Positions 37,465 to 46,198 of a stretch of DNA of 64,000 bases are shown in pieces. Each line of letters starts with the position of its first letter. The first letter of the stretch is position 1. The DNA comes from an uncultured bacterium (lineage in GTDB: Bacteria > UBA8481). The stretch spans positions 248,001 through 312,000 of the forward strand of contig CAZCME010000002.1 in the NCBI GenBank assembly GCA_964499705.1, read 5' to 3'. The notes below the pieces were generated by a model. That model was not told where the DNA came from, searched no databases, and saw nothing but the letters and a program-made list of their open reading frames with translations. A program made the translations under genes and the position numbers.

Positions 37465-39771
37465 TCAGGGGTTGAGGGACTCGAGGCTTCGCGCCAGCTC
37501 GTCGAAGTTGATGGGCTTCACGACGACGGCGTCGGGCGCTTCCGCAGGATCAAAAACCAGGTCGATATTGCCGGTCATCACGACGAACTTGATGCCGGAA
37601 TTGATGCGCCGCATGGCACGCATGACATCGAGGCCGTTCATCTCCGGCATGATGTAGTCCAGCAGGACGATATGAGGAGGATGGAGGCGGGCGGCGGCGA
37701 TGGCGTCCTGGCCTCGTCCATAGGCGGTCGCGGATCCGTATCCCAGGTGCGCCAGTAGGGGAACCAGCGATTCCCGCTGCGCCTCGTCGTCCTCCACGAT
37801 CATCAACTTGATGCCGGCGCTGACCGGCGCGGCTCGCGCCGGAAGAACCGCGCTTGAGACGACCGCGTTTTCGCGCGCGGAGGGAAGCAGGATAACGACA
37901 GTTGTGCCTTTTCCTGGGGAGCTTCGCATATCGATCTGCCCGTCGTTCTCGAGAATGATCTTCTGCGAAATGGAAAGACCAAGGCCCGTCCCCGGTATGC
38001 CCAGCGCGTCCTTTGCGTGCGATCCCTTTGTCGAGAAAAAGGGATCGAAGGCGCGGGCTCTGGTCTTCTCGTCCATGCCTATGCCGGTATCCGTGATCGC
38101 GATTCGCACATTGGACTTCACGGTGCGGACATCCAGGGTCAAAGTCCCCCCGCACGTCGGGATCATGGCATGCACCGCGTTCTGCATGACGTTGATGAGC
38201 ACTTGCTCGACCTGGCCCTGATCGGCAAAGACGGGCATGGCGGGCGAGTGCCATCGCGTTTCGACGACGATGCGGGCGGATTCCATCTGGCGGGCCTGGA
38301 CACGCACGAGGTGCTCCAGGAGCGCGATCAGATCGAATGCGGCCCGGATCGATTCCTTGGGATGGGAGATTCGGCCGAGAGACTGAACGATCTCGGCGCC
38401 GCGATCGGCGCTCTCCACGATGTGCTGAATGTTGCGCAGTGAGCTCTCCGAGAAATCATAACGGTCTCGCTCGAGAAGCAGCAGGGTGGCGTTGTTCTTC
38501 TGGATCGTCAGCAGGTTGTTGAATTCATGCGCCACGCCGGAAGCCAGTGATCCGATTGCCGCGAGGCGGCTGGAGATGATCAGCGCTTCATGATTTTTCC
38601 TCTGTTCCGTAATGTCACGGCTGGCGGCGAAGAAGCGGCTGGATCCTTGCGGCGATTCCACGCAGATTCCGGCGCATTCGATCCAGAGCGGCTCGCCGTC
38701 GCGGCGCAGCAGCCGCAGGATGTGGCTTGCCCGCGTGCCGGGATTGGCGAGAATCTTGCGGACGATCGGAAGCACGGCATCGCGATCTTCCGGGTGAATG
38801 AAGGACAGGGCGGACTTCCCCGCCAGTTCGTCCGGGTTGTATCCAAGCAGATCGCGATGCCGTTCGTTGGCGAAGAGAATCCGTCCCTCCCGGTCGAACT
38901 CCGTGATCATGTCGGAGACGGTCTCCGAGACGATGCGATGCCGCGCTTCACTCTGCGCCAGAGCCCCTGCCGTCCGTCTCAGCTCGGCCTCACTGCGTTG
39001 AATCTCCTCGCCGGCCCGCGCCCAGGCTTCCACCTGACGTTTCAAGGTTCTCTGCGTGAGGAAGATTCCCGCGCCGCCGAAGAGCCAGATGACGAGATGG
39101 AAGGCGAACGTTCGCGTGGCGTGATCGATGTAGAGATCGTCATAGAATTTCATGGGCACGGAGATGCTGATTCCGCCGCGGAGGAAGCCGATCGGCTCGT
39201 CATGGCATTTCCTGCAACCTGCCTCCACTCGAAAGGGCTTCATCAGGCGCATGAACCGCATGCTGTCCTGCACGGTGATCTCGTGGACCTCCGTTTCCCC
39301 TTCTTCGAAGCGCCTCAGCGCGATGGCTTCCCAGGAATCCGGCAGGTTTCCAGGATTGATGGGATGCGAGCCCGTGATATGTCCGCGCGTACCATACTGG
39401 CCCGGCGAAATTTCAAACACCTGGCGCGTGATGTAGGCAGGATTCATGAGGGTCAGGCGCATGCCGGATTCTGTCGTGATGTCGCGGTTGGGAACGCGAA
39501 GATAGGGATTGGGAGGCGTCGTATCGGTGACGGGAACATACACGCCGCCGTGCATCGTCGCCCACCGCCGGTACACGACATCCTTGTTGAAGGAGGCGCG
39601 TGCTTCGGCTGCTGCCAGATGGATCGTAGAGTCACGATCATCCTCGATGTTGACCGTCACGAAAAGCACGACCAGAGCCGTCCAGATGATCCAGGTGGCA
39701 ACCATGTAATTCTGAAGAACACCGGGTCGTATGAAGGATTTCGGCGCGTGTTCTCTTTCCCCCGAGATCAT
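37465..39771 (-). CDS. Hybrid sensor histidine kinase with DUF3365 heme-c domain, PAS, HisKA, HATPase, REC
   Basis: HGGVYVPV..NPYL..LMNPAY..CRKCH; PAS; AHEFNNLL; DTGIG, PFFSTK, GTGLGL; C-terminal REC (LLDYIMP). Confidence 0.9.
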   Translation of the reverse strand: MISGEREHAPKSFIRPGVLQNYMVATWIIWTALVVLFVTVNIEDDRDSTIHLAAAEARASFNKDVVYRRWATMHGGVYVPVTDTTPPNPYLRVPNRDITTESGMRLTLMNPAYITRQVFEISPGQYGTRGHITGSHPINPGNLPDSWEAIALRRFEEGETEVHEITVQDSMRFMRLMKPFRVEAGCRKCHDEPIGFLRGGISISVPMKFYDDLYIDHATRTFAFHLVIWLFGGAGIFLTQRTLKRQVEAWARAGEEIQRSEAELRRTAGALAQSEARHRIVSETVSDMITEFDREGRILFANERHRDLLGYNPDELAGKSALSFIHPEDRDAVLPIVRKILANPGTRASHILRLLRRDGEPLWIECAGICVESPQGSSRFFAASRDITEQRKNHEALIISSRLAAIGSLASGVAHEFNNLLTIQKNNATLLLLERDRYDFSESSLRNIQHIVESADRGAEIVQSLGRISHPKESIRAAFDLIALLEHLVRVQARQMESARIVVETRWHSPAMPVFADQGQVEQVLINVMQNAVHAMIPTCGGTLTLDVRTVKSNVRIAITDTGIGMDEKTRARAFDPFFSTKGSHAKDALGIPGTGLGLSISQKIILENDGQIDMRSSPGKGTTVVILLPSARENAVVSSAVLPARAAPVSAGIKLMIVEDDEAQRESLVPLLAHLGYGSATAYGRGQDAIAAARLHPPHIVLLDYIMPEMNGLDVMRAMRRINSGIKFVVMTGNIDLVFDPAEAPDAVVVKPINFDELARSLESLNP

Positions 39772-39914
39772 TGCATCGGTCTCCTGCTCCCGATTCCATG
39801 CACGCGATGGATGCGGGATGCCAATACCAACAGTATAGGCGCAGCTCTCCGGCGACCGCTATGGCAAGGGCTCCGTGTGACGAGGGACACGCGCGCCGCG
39901 TCGCATCGTTCCTG

Positions 39915-40442
39915 TCATAACGACTGGTCTTCGCCGTCGATGGAGACGATCATCCTGCCGCTGGCGACATGAAGAAAGACGGTCTGCGCCCTCGTGCCGC
40001 CGACGCAGGAGCCGGCGATGGACATGCCGCATGCTTCCAGGATGGATCGGAGCGCGAGGTAATTGCGCTTCCCGATGTCGAAGAAATCGGTGTCCGAAGT
40101 CGCATACATGCATCCTCCGCCCGCCACCTTGACGATCAGGCGCTCCTTCCTCGCGCCAAGCGTCGTCATCGCGGTCATGAAACGGTGAAAACCCGTATCG
40201 ACGCAGGCGTAGGGATTTCCCTTCGCGCGTTCGGGTGTGATGCGCGCGGCAGGAAGCATGGGATGGAAGAGCCCGGCGATGCGGGCGAGGGGATCATAGA
40301 GCCCGATGCCGAGGCAGGAACCGAGCGCGTGTGTGACGATCACCGCGTCGGGATCGGAAGAACAGGCCGCATCGCCGACGCCAACGACGATCCTGTTCTC
40401 GCCCGTGAATCGCCTGCGACGCGTCTTTTCCATCGCGATCAT
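39915..40442 (-). CDS. cheD: Chemoreceptor glutamine deamidase CheD
   Basis: THALGSCLGI, GLFHPMLP, KVAGG, IGKRN. Confidence 0.9.
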   Translation of the reverse strand: MIAMEKTRRRRFTGENRIVVGVGDAACSSDPDAVIVTHALGSCLGIGLYDPLARIAGLFHPMLPAARITPERAKGNPYACVDTGFHRFMTAMTTLGARKERLIVKVAGGGCMYATSDTDFFDIGKRNYLALRSILEACGMSIAGSCVGGTRAQTVFLHVASGRMIVSIDGEDQSL

Positions 40443-40458
40443 GGTGTTGCGGTTCCTC

Positions 40459-41322
40459 TCATATCGTCCGCCTGTACACGGTCGGCTCGACAAACTCCAG
40501 TTCGTGCTTGATCCCGACGAGACTTTCGGAATGGCCGACAAAGAGGATTCCGCCGCGCCGCAATTGACGCGTGAAGCCCTGCACGAGCTTCAACTGCGTC
40601 TGCTGGTTGAAATAGATCATCACATTCCGGCAGAAAATGGCGTCGAACGGCTTCTGAAACGGCCAGTGAGGACCATTGAGATTGAAGCGCCGGTATCGGA
40701 TCAGGGATCTCACTTCCTCACGAATCCGGTAAATCCTCCGGCCGCCGCGAAACAAGACTTCGAAGTAACGATCCAGCATTGCCGGCGGAACGTGCGCCAC
40801 GCGATCCGCCCCATATTCTCCCGCGCGCGCCTTTTCCAGCGCGGCCGTCGAAATATCGGTCGCCAGGATCTTGAAGCCGCGCTTCGCCGCCTGCGGCCAT
40901 TTTTCCAGCACGGTCATGGCGATCGTGCAAGGTTCCTCGCCCGTCGCGCACGCCGCGCTCCAGATATGCGGATGGAGCGAGCTGCCGCCGATCAGGGCCG
41001 GCAGGAGCGAGCGGCCGAGGTAATCGAAATGGCCCGGCTCGCGGAAGAAATTCGTGACGTTGATCGAAACGACGTCCAGCAGCTGGATGAGTTCTTCGCC
41101 GCTGCGATCGTGAGCGACGAAGCGGTAGTAGTCGGAGAAACCGGAAATATGGAGCGCCCGGAGCCGCTTGGCCAGTTTGGCGCGCATGAGCGAGCGCTTG
41201 TTGTCCGACAGGTGAATCCCGCTGCGCGTGTGAATCAATTCCTGGAATGCCCGGAACTCCTCGTCGGTCAGGTCGACCTGATCGTCGAAGCCGCGCGAAG
41301 AATTGAGGAGAGACACGTTCAC
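40459..41322 (-). CDS. cheR: Chemotaxis methyltransferase CheR
   Basis: TNFFREPGHF, WSAACATGEEP, ATDIS, IFCRNVMIYF, GHSESL. Confidence 0.96.
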   Translation of the reverse strand: MNVSLLNSSRGFDDQVDLTDEEFRAFQELIHTRSGIHLSDNKRSLMRAKLAKRLRALHISGFSDYYRFVAHDRSGEELIQLLDVVSINVTNFFREPGHFDYLGRSLLPALIGGSSLHPHIWSAACATGEEPCTIAMTVLEKWPQAAKRGFKILATDISTAALEKARAGEYGADRVAHVPPAMLDRYFEVLFRGGRRIYRIREEVRSLIRYRRFNLNGPHWPFQKPFDAIFCRNVMIYFNQQTQLKLVQGFTRQLRRGGILFVGHSESLVGIKHELEFVEPTVYRRTI

Positions 41323-41335
41323 GATCCGCTCCGCC

Positions 41336-42925
41336 CTAGAACTCGGAGAAATCGCCGCTCTTGAGCGGGATCACCTTCTCGGGATCGATGCGTTCCCTGA
41401 TCCTCGTGGCAGGGCTGGTTCGGCGATGGGACAGGACCCTCTTTTCCGGAGCGCGCTCCTGCTCCCTGCCGCGTTCTTTTCCAGCTCCCGCCTCGTCGCG
41501 CGTCTCTCTCGGGCTCATGCCGCCCTCAACGAGGACGATCAGAGCATGAACATTCTCCTGCAGGGCGATGGCCTGCGAGGACATCTCCTCGGCCGCCGCC
41601 GCGGTCTCCTCCGAATTCGCCGCCACGCCCTGCGTCGTCTTGTCCATCTCGCCGACCGCCGTGTTGATCTGGCCGATGCCCTGGGCCTGCTCGCGCGACG
41701 CGGTCGATATCTCCTCCACGAGATTCCCGACCTTGACGGATGACTCCGTGATGTCCTTCAGGCCCTTCGCGACGCCCGTCACCTTCACGAGTCCGTCGTT
41801 GACGGTCTTGACGGCCTTGTCGATGAGCGCACCCGTCTCCCGGGCCGATGTGCCCGCGCGCTGCGCGAGATTGCGTACTTCCTCGGCGACGACGGCGAAT
41901 CCCTTTCCATGTTCGCCGGCACGCGCCGCTTCGACCGCCGCGTTCAACGCGAGCAGATTGGTCTGGAACGCGATTTCCTCGATCACCTTGATGATCTTCG
42001 CGATGTCATCGCTGTTCGACTTGATTTCATTCATGCCCGACTGCATCTCGATCATCGCGGAATTGGCTCCGTCGACCGTGATCCTGGTGTTTTTCATGAG
42101 CAGGTTGGCCTGGCCCGCGTGTTCGGCGTTCTGCTGGATCATCGAGGTCATCTCCTCGATCGCGGAACTGCTTTCCTCCAGCGAAGCCGCCATTTCGGAA
42201 GCGGATTGAGCCACGTTCTGCGACGACGAGGATGTCTGTTCCGAGGCCGCGGCCACCTGGTCGGCGCCGGCGCTCAGGGAGCCGATGACGCGGTTGAGCG
42301 GCCGGGTGATGGCCAGCGACAGGGCGATGCTGATTCCCAGCGCCGCGAGGCTGCCCACGGCGCATGCGATCAGCGTGATCCAGAGCGCTCGCATGGACAT
42401 CGCCTGCATCTCTTCCGAAGCGGCATCGGACTCCTTCTCCATTTCCTTCACGATCACGGATACGGTCTCTATGGCGCGGGCCGACGCGAGGTCGAACTCC
42501 TTCATCGCCGCGTCGCCGGCGTCGCGGCTTCTGCCGTACGCGACATACATCCGCTCGCCGGCATTCAGCACATCGGGCAGCGCCGTACGGAGCTCCTCGA
42601 GCCGGCGCAGGTGCGCGGCATCATCCGCGTTCATCGCCACCAGTCGCTCGCGCAGCAGGAGCGCGGCGTCGAATTCCGCCTTCGCCAGTTTCGTGAGAGC
42701 CGCTTCCTCATGCGTGAGCGAGGCGTCGGTGATGTATTGCCAGAGGTTGGCGATGTGGAGCTGCATCTGCCTGGCCGATCCGACTTCGGCGGCGATGGCG
42801 CTCACCGCGCGGGTATCCGCCCTGAATTCCCGCATCTGCGCGCTCACGAATCCTCCGAAGATCAGGAATATCGCGATGACCGTTCCGAATCCCGCCATCA
42901 ATTTCGTTCTTAATTTCGTCCTCAT
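41336..42925 (-). CDS. Methyl-accepting chemotaxis protein
   Basis: Two TMs around a helical sensor domain; IEEIAFQTNLLALNAAVEAARAGEHGKGFAVVAEEVRNLA. Confidence 0.96.
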   Translation of the reverse strand: MRTKLRTKLMAGFGTVIAIFLIFGGFVSAQMREFRADTRAVSAIAAEVGSARQMQLHIANLWQYITDASLTHEEAALTKLAKAEFDAALLLRERLVAMNADDAAHLRRLEELRTALPDVLNAGERMYVAYGRSRDAGDAAMKEFDLASARAIETVSVIVKEMEKESDAASEEMQAMSMRALWITLIACAVGSLAALGISIALSLAITRPLNRVIGSLSAGADQVAAASEQTSSSSQNVAQSASEMAASLEESSSAIEEMTSMIQQNAEHAGQANLLMKNTRITVDGANSAMIEMQSGMNEIKSNSDDIAKIIKVIEEIAFQTNLLALNAAVEAARAGEHGKGFAVVAEEVRNLAQRAGTSARETGALIDKAVKTVNDGLVKVTGVAKGLKDITESSVKVGNLVEEISTASREQAQGIGQINTAVGEMDKTTQGVAANSEETAAAAEEMSSQAIALQENVHALIVLVEGGMSPRETRDEAGAGKERGREQERAPEKRVLSHRRTSPATRIRERIDPEKVIPLKSGDFSEF

Positions 42926-42946
42926 GTCAGTACACCTTCCCTTCCT

Positions 42947-43453
42947 TCATGCCGCGATGCCGCGGATCAGCCCCAGTTCGTCCGCGCCCAGCACGCGGTC
43001 GATATCCAGGAGTATCTTGACTTTGCCCTTCACCTTGCCCATGCCGAGGATGAACTCGAGCCGGACATCCCGGCCGAACCGGGGCGGAGGTTCGATCTGG
43101 TCGCCCGCGATATCGAGCACTTCGCTCACCGTGTCCACGAGAATTCCCATCATCACTCCCTCGGTCGTGAGCGGCACATCGACGACGATGATGCAGGTTT
43201 CCGCCGTTCGATCCGCCGGCTCCATGCCGAATTTGCGGCGGAGGTCGACAACGGGAATGATGCTGCCTCTCAAGTTGATGACACCCGTCACGTATGCGGG
43301 CGCGCCCGGAACCGTCGTGATCGCCATGACGCCGATGATCTCGCGCACCTTCAGGATCTCGATCCCGTATTCCTCGTCCTGCAGGACGAAGGTCAGATAC
43401 TTCCCCGATCTCCTCGCCGCGGAATCGCGCGCGGGCGCTCCCGTATCGCTCAT
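42947..43453 (-). CDS. cheW: Chemotaxis adaptor CheW
   Basis: KYLTFVLQDEEYGIEILKVREII, GVINLRGSIIPVVDLR. Confidence 0.96.
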   Translation of the reverse strand: MSDTGAPARDSAARRSGKYLTFVLQDEEYGIEILKVREIIGVMAITTVPGAPAYVTGVINLRGSIIPVVDLRRKFGMEPADRTAETCIIVVDVPLTTEGVMMGILVDTVSEVLDIAGDQIEPPPRFGRDVRLEFILGMGKVKGKVKILLDIDRVLGADELGLIRGIAA

Positions 43454-44634
43454 TGTGCTTCTCCCTTCCAGACTGGTGCAGCGGAGCCGACGGCGGCCGG
43501 ATGTTCCCTGGGGTGTTCAACGCTGCAGGGGAGCGACAGGCGGAAGGCCGTGCCCTCCGGCAGGTTATCCCATTCGAGTCGACCGCCGGCTTTCGCGGTG
43601 AGCCGGTGCGCGATCCAGAGTCCGAGTCCACGGCCGGGGCGCTCCCGCCCCGATGCGGCAAAGGGCTCGCACATGCGCTTGATCATTTCGGGGCTGGCGC
43701 CGACGCCGTTGTCCCGGATCGTGATGACGCAGCGATTCCCGGAAAGCTCCGCGCCCACCGTGACTTCCGCGTCCGGCATGCCCGCCGTCGCCTCCATGGC
43801 GTTTGTGATGAGGTGCGCGAAGAGCATGGTCAATTCCTCGGAATGAACGGCCGACAGCACCTGGGCGTCGCCGGTCCGGATTTCAAGAAGCGCCCTGCGC
43901 CCCTCCACAGCGGAACGCGCGATCGCGCGCTCCAGGCAGTCTTCCAGGCGGGCCATGCGATCATGACAAAGCTCGGAACACCCTGCAGGGATATGCGACG
44001 CGACATCCCGCAGCCGCGCTGCCGCGGTCTCCATCGAATGCATCGTCTTGCGGATGCCGTCGATCGGGATGCCGAGATGCGGCTGGAGCACCTCGCGTAC
44101 TGTTTCCTCCTGCAGTGCGGGGAGGAGGTGCTTGGTCAGGAATTGAAGGCTTCCGATGATGACCGTATTGGGATTGTTGACCTCGTGCATGATCGTGATC
44201 GTGAGCCCGGCCAGCGAGGCGATGCGTTCCGCCGCGTTCGCGCGCGCCTTCTCCTGCTCGATTTCCCGCTCCAGGATCATCTCGCGGTTCAGCTTGCGGA
44301 GCACTCCATCCAGCTCGGTGAGGTCGTACGGTTTTCTTATGAAGTCGTAGGCGTGATGGCGGCTGGCCTCGATCGCCACTTCGATGTCGGCATGACCGGT
44401 GACGAGAATGACGCGCAGTGCCGGATGCGTCCTTGAAAGGATGCGGAGCAGGCCGAGCCCGTCGAGGATTGGCATGCGAATATCCGCGATCACGGTGTCG
44501 AATTGGTGCGCTTCGATCATCGAGAGCGCTTCCTGGCCGTGAGCGGCCTCCAGGACCAGTTCGTGCCGGTCGTGAAGGTAGGCTCGCAGCGACTCCCGAA
44601 CGGAAGCGTCGTCCTCCACCAGCAGAATCTTCAT
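43450..44634 (-). CDS. Response regulator-histidine kinase hybrid (REC-HisKA-HATPase)
   Basis: MKILLVEDD, DIRMP, KP; HEVNNP; DNGVG, GRGLGL. Confidence 0.88.
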   Translation of the reverse strand: MKILLVEDDASVRESLRAYLHDRHELVLEAAHGQEALSMIEAHQFDTVIADIRMPILDGLGLLRILSRTHPALRVILVTGHADIEVAIEASRHHAYDFIRKPYDLTELDGVLRKLNREMILEREIEQEKARANAAERIASLAGLTITIMHEVNNPNTVIIGSLQFLTKHLLPALQEETVREVLQPHLGIPIDGIRKTMHSMETAAARLRDVASHIPAGCSELCHDRMARLEDCLERAIARSAVEGRRALLEIRTGDAQVLSAVHSEELTMLFAHLITNAMEATAGMPDAEVTVGAELSGNRCVITIRDNGVGASPEMIKRMCEPFAASGRERPGRGLGLWIAHRLTAKAGGRLEWDNLPEGTAFRLSLPCSVEHPREHPAAVGSAAPVWKGEAQ

Positions 44635-44678
44635 GATCGCTCTCCCGGGCGTCCACCGCCCTTGCCACGGAATCAAAG

Positions 44679-44694
44679 AGCAAGATCGGTGCCG
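44679..44694 (-). promoter_or_regulatory. Sigma54 -24/-12 promoter
   Basis: Minus strand CGGCAC-CGATC-TTGCT matches the YGGCAC-N5-TTGC consensus; lies directly downstream of a bEBP gene. Confidence 0.75.
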
Positions 44695-44746
44695 GGCGGC
44701 TTTGCTTTGCGGAAAGTGAACTTACCGGCGAGGAGCGTGGGGGATT

Positions 44747-44794
44747 CGCCGGAATCAGCGCGTTCGTGCTGAAATCAGCATGGCGAATTCGTGA
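44747..44794. promoter_or_regulatory. Candidate enhancer (UAS) palindromes for the sigma54 activator
   Basis: TGCTGAAATCAGCA (44767-44780) and related CGCCGGAATCAGCG 20 bp earlier. Confidence 0.45.
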
Positions 44795-44824
44795 CGCGTG
44801 ACGGAGATTCCGGATCGCGGGCGG

Positions 44825-46198
44825 TCAGGAGAGGCGCAGTTTCTCCATGCGGTACCGGAGCGCGCCGTATCCGATGCCCAGGAGAGACGCGGCATCGCGC
44901 GTATTGCCGCCGACGCGCTCGAGCGCTCGACGGATAAGCGCGGCCTCCACCGATTCGAGGTTCAGGTCCTGAGCCGCGGCGGCTGCTTCGCCGGGGACGG
45001 GGGAATTCTGTTCCGTCATCATCACCGGGAAATCGGCCGGGCCCAGGATGTCCGTGCGCGAGAGGAGCACGGCCTGTTCCAGGATGTTGCGGAGCTCGCG
45101 GACATTTCCTGGAAACGCATATCCTGTCAGCCACTCGATCACTTCCGGCGCCAGCGCCAGTTGCGGGCGGGCGTGTTCACGAGCCAGCCGCGCCAGGCAA
45201 TATTCGAGGAGGATCGGGATGTCCTCGCGCCGTTCCCGCAACGGCGGCAGCGCGATCGTGATCACCTTCAACCGGAAATGGAGGTCGGCCCGGAAGGTAC
45301 CGGAGGCGACCATAGTTTCGAGATCGCGGTTGGTGGCCGAGATCAGCTTGAAGTCGACCGGTATCTCCTTCTCGCCTCCGACGCGCCGAAAGGCCCGGTC
45401 GTCCAGCACGCGCAGGAGGCGTGCCTGGAGCTCGATGGGCATGTCGCCGATCTCGTCCAGGAAGAGCGTTCCTCCGTGCGCCAGCTCGAAGAGGCCGCGC
45501 TTGGTGCGCATCGCGCCCGTGAAGGCTCCCCGCTCGTGCCCGAAGAGCTCGCTCTCGATGAGCGAGGGCGTTATTCCGCCGCAATTGATCGAGATGAACG
45601 GTGCCTTGCCGCCCAGGGAAGCATCATGAATTCTGCGGGCGACCAGTTCCTTGCCCGTACCGCTCTCTCCTGTCAGCAACACCGTCGACCACGAACGTTT
45701 GGACAGAAGTTGAATGGTCTCGATGATGGTCCGCATCCGCCCGCTCGTTCCGACCAGTTCCTCCTCGCCGAGCCGGCGCTCGGTTTCGCGAGCATCGCGC
45801 CCCATGACATTCCTCAGGTTTTCATTCTCGTGCTGAAGCGTGCTGACATGGGACGTTCGTTCGATCGCCAGCTGCAATTCACGCAGGTCGATCGGCTTCC
45901 TCAGGAAATCCGCGGCTCCGGCTCGAAGAGCCGCCACGGCGGCCTCGAAGTCGCCGTGACCCGTGATGACGATGACGGCCGTTGCCGGATCCGTCGCCCG
46001 CACCTTGTGGACGATCTCGATCCCGTCCGCTCCCGGCATCCGGAGGTCGGTGATCACCGTGTCATAGTCGCAGGACGCGATCGCATCGAGCGCCAGGCGC
46101 GACGAGAAAATGAAGTCAACCTCGTGACCGCGCTCGCGGAGAAAATGGCCTATGCTGCTGTCCACGATCTTTTCGTCGTCCACCAGGAGAATTTTCAT
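44825..46198 (-). CDS. Sigma54-dependent response regulator (NtrC/AtoC family)
   Basis: REC, GESGTGKE, ESELFGHERGAFTGA, LFLDEIG, PGNVREL, Fis-type HTH. Confidence 0.96.
   Translation of the reverse strand: MKILLVDDEKIVDSSIGHFLRERGHEVDFIFSSRLALDAIASCDYDTVITDLRMPGADGIEIVHKVRATDPATAVIVITGHGDFEAAVAALRAGAADFLRKPIDLRELQLAIERTSHVSTLQHENENLRNVMGRDARETERRLGEEELVGTSGRMRTIIETIQLLSKRSWSTVLLTGESGTGKELVARRIHDASLGGKAPFISINCGGITPSLIESELFGHERGAFTGAMRTKRGLFELAHGGTLFLDEIGDMPIELQARLLRVLDDRAFRRVGGEKEIPVDFKLISATNRDLETMVASGTFRADLHFRLKVITIALPPLRERREDIPILLEYCLARLAREHARPQLALAPEVIEWLTGYAFPGNVRELRNILEQAVLLSRTDILGPADFPVMMTEQNSPVPGEAAAAAQDLNLESVEAALIRRALERVGGNTRDAASLLGIGYGALRYRMEKLRLS

Noticed and set aside
37253-37657. 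Plus-strand 134-aa ORF spanning repeat copy 2, considered as an integrase remnant
   Set aside because: No recombinase motifs; it reads the repeat out of the uup frame and runs antisense into the kinase.
39795-39825. Possible second sigma54 promoter (TGGCAT) upstream of the heme kinase
   Set aside because: No GC at the -12 position; a TATACT sigma70-type box nearby fits better.
44690-44720. GCAAAGCC on the minus strand, reminiscent of a c-di-GMP-I riboswitch
   Set aside because: The remaining P1/P2 and GNRA elements are not visible.
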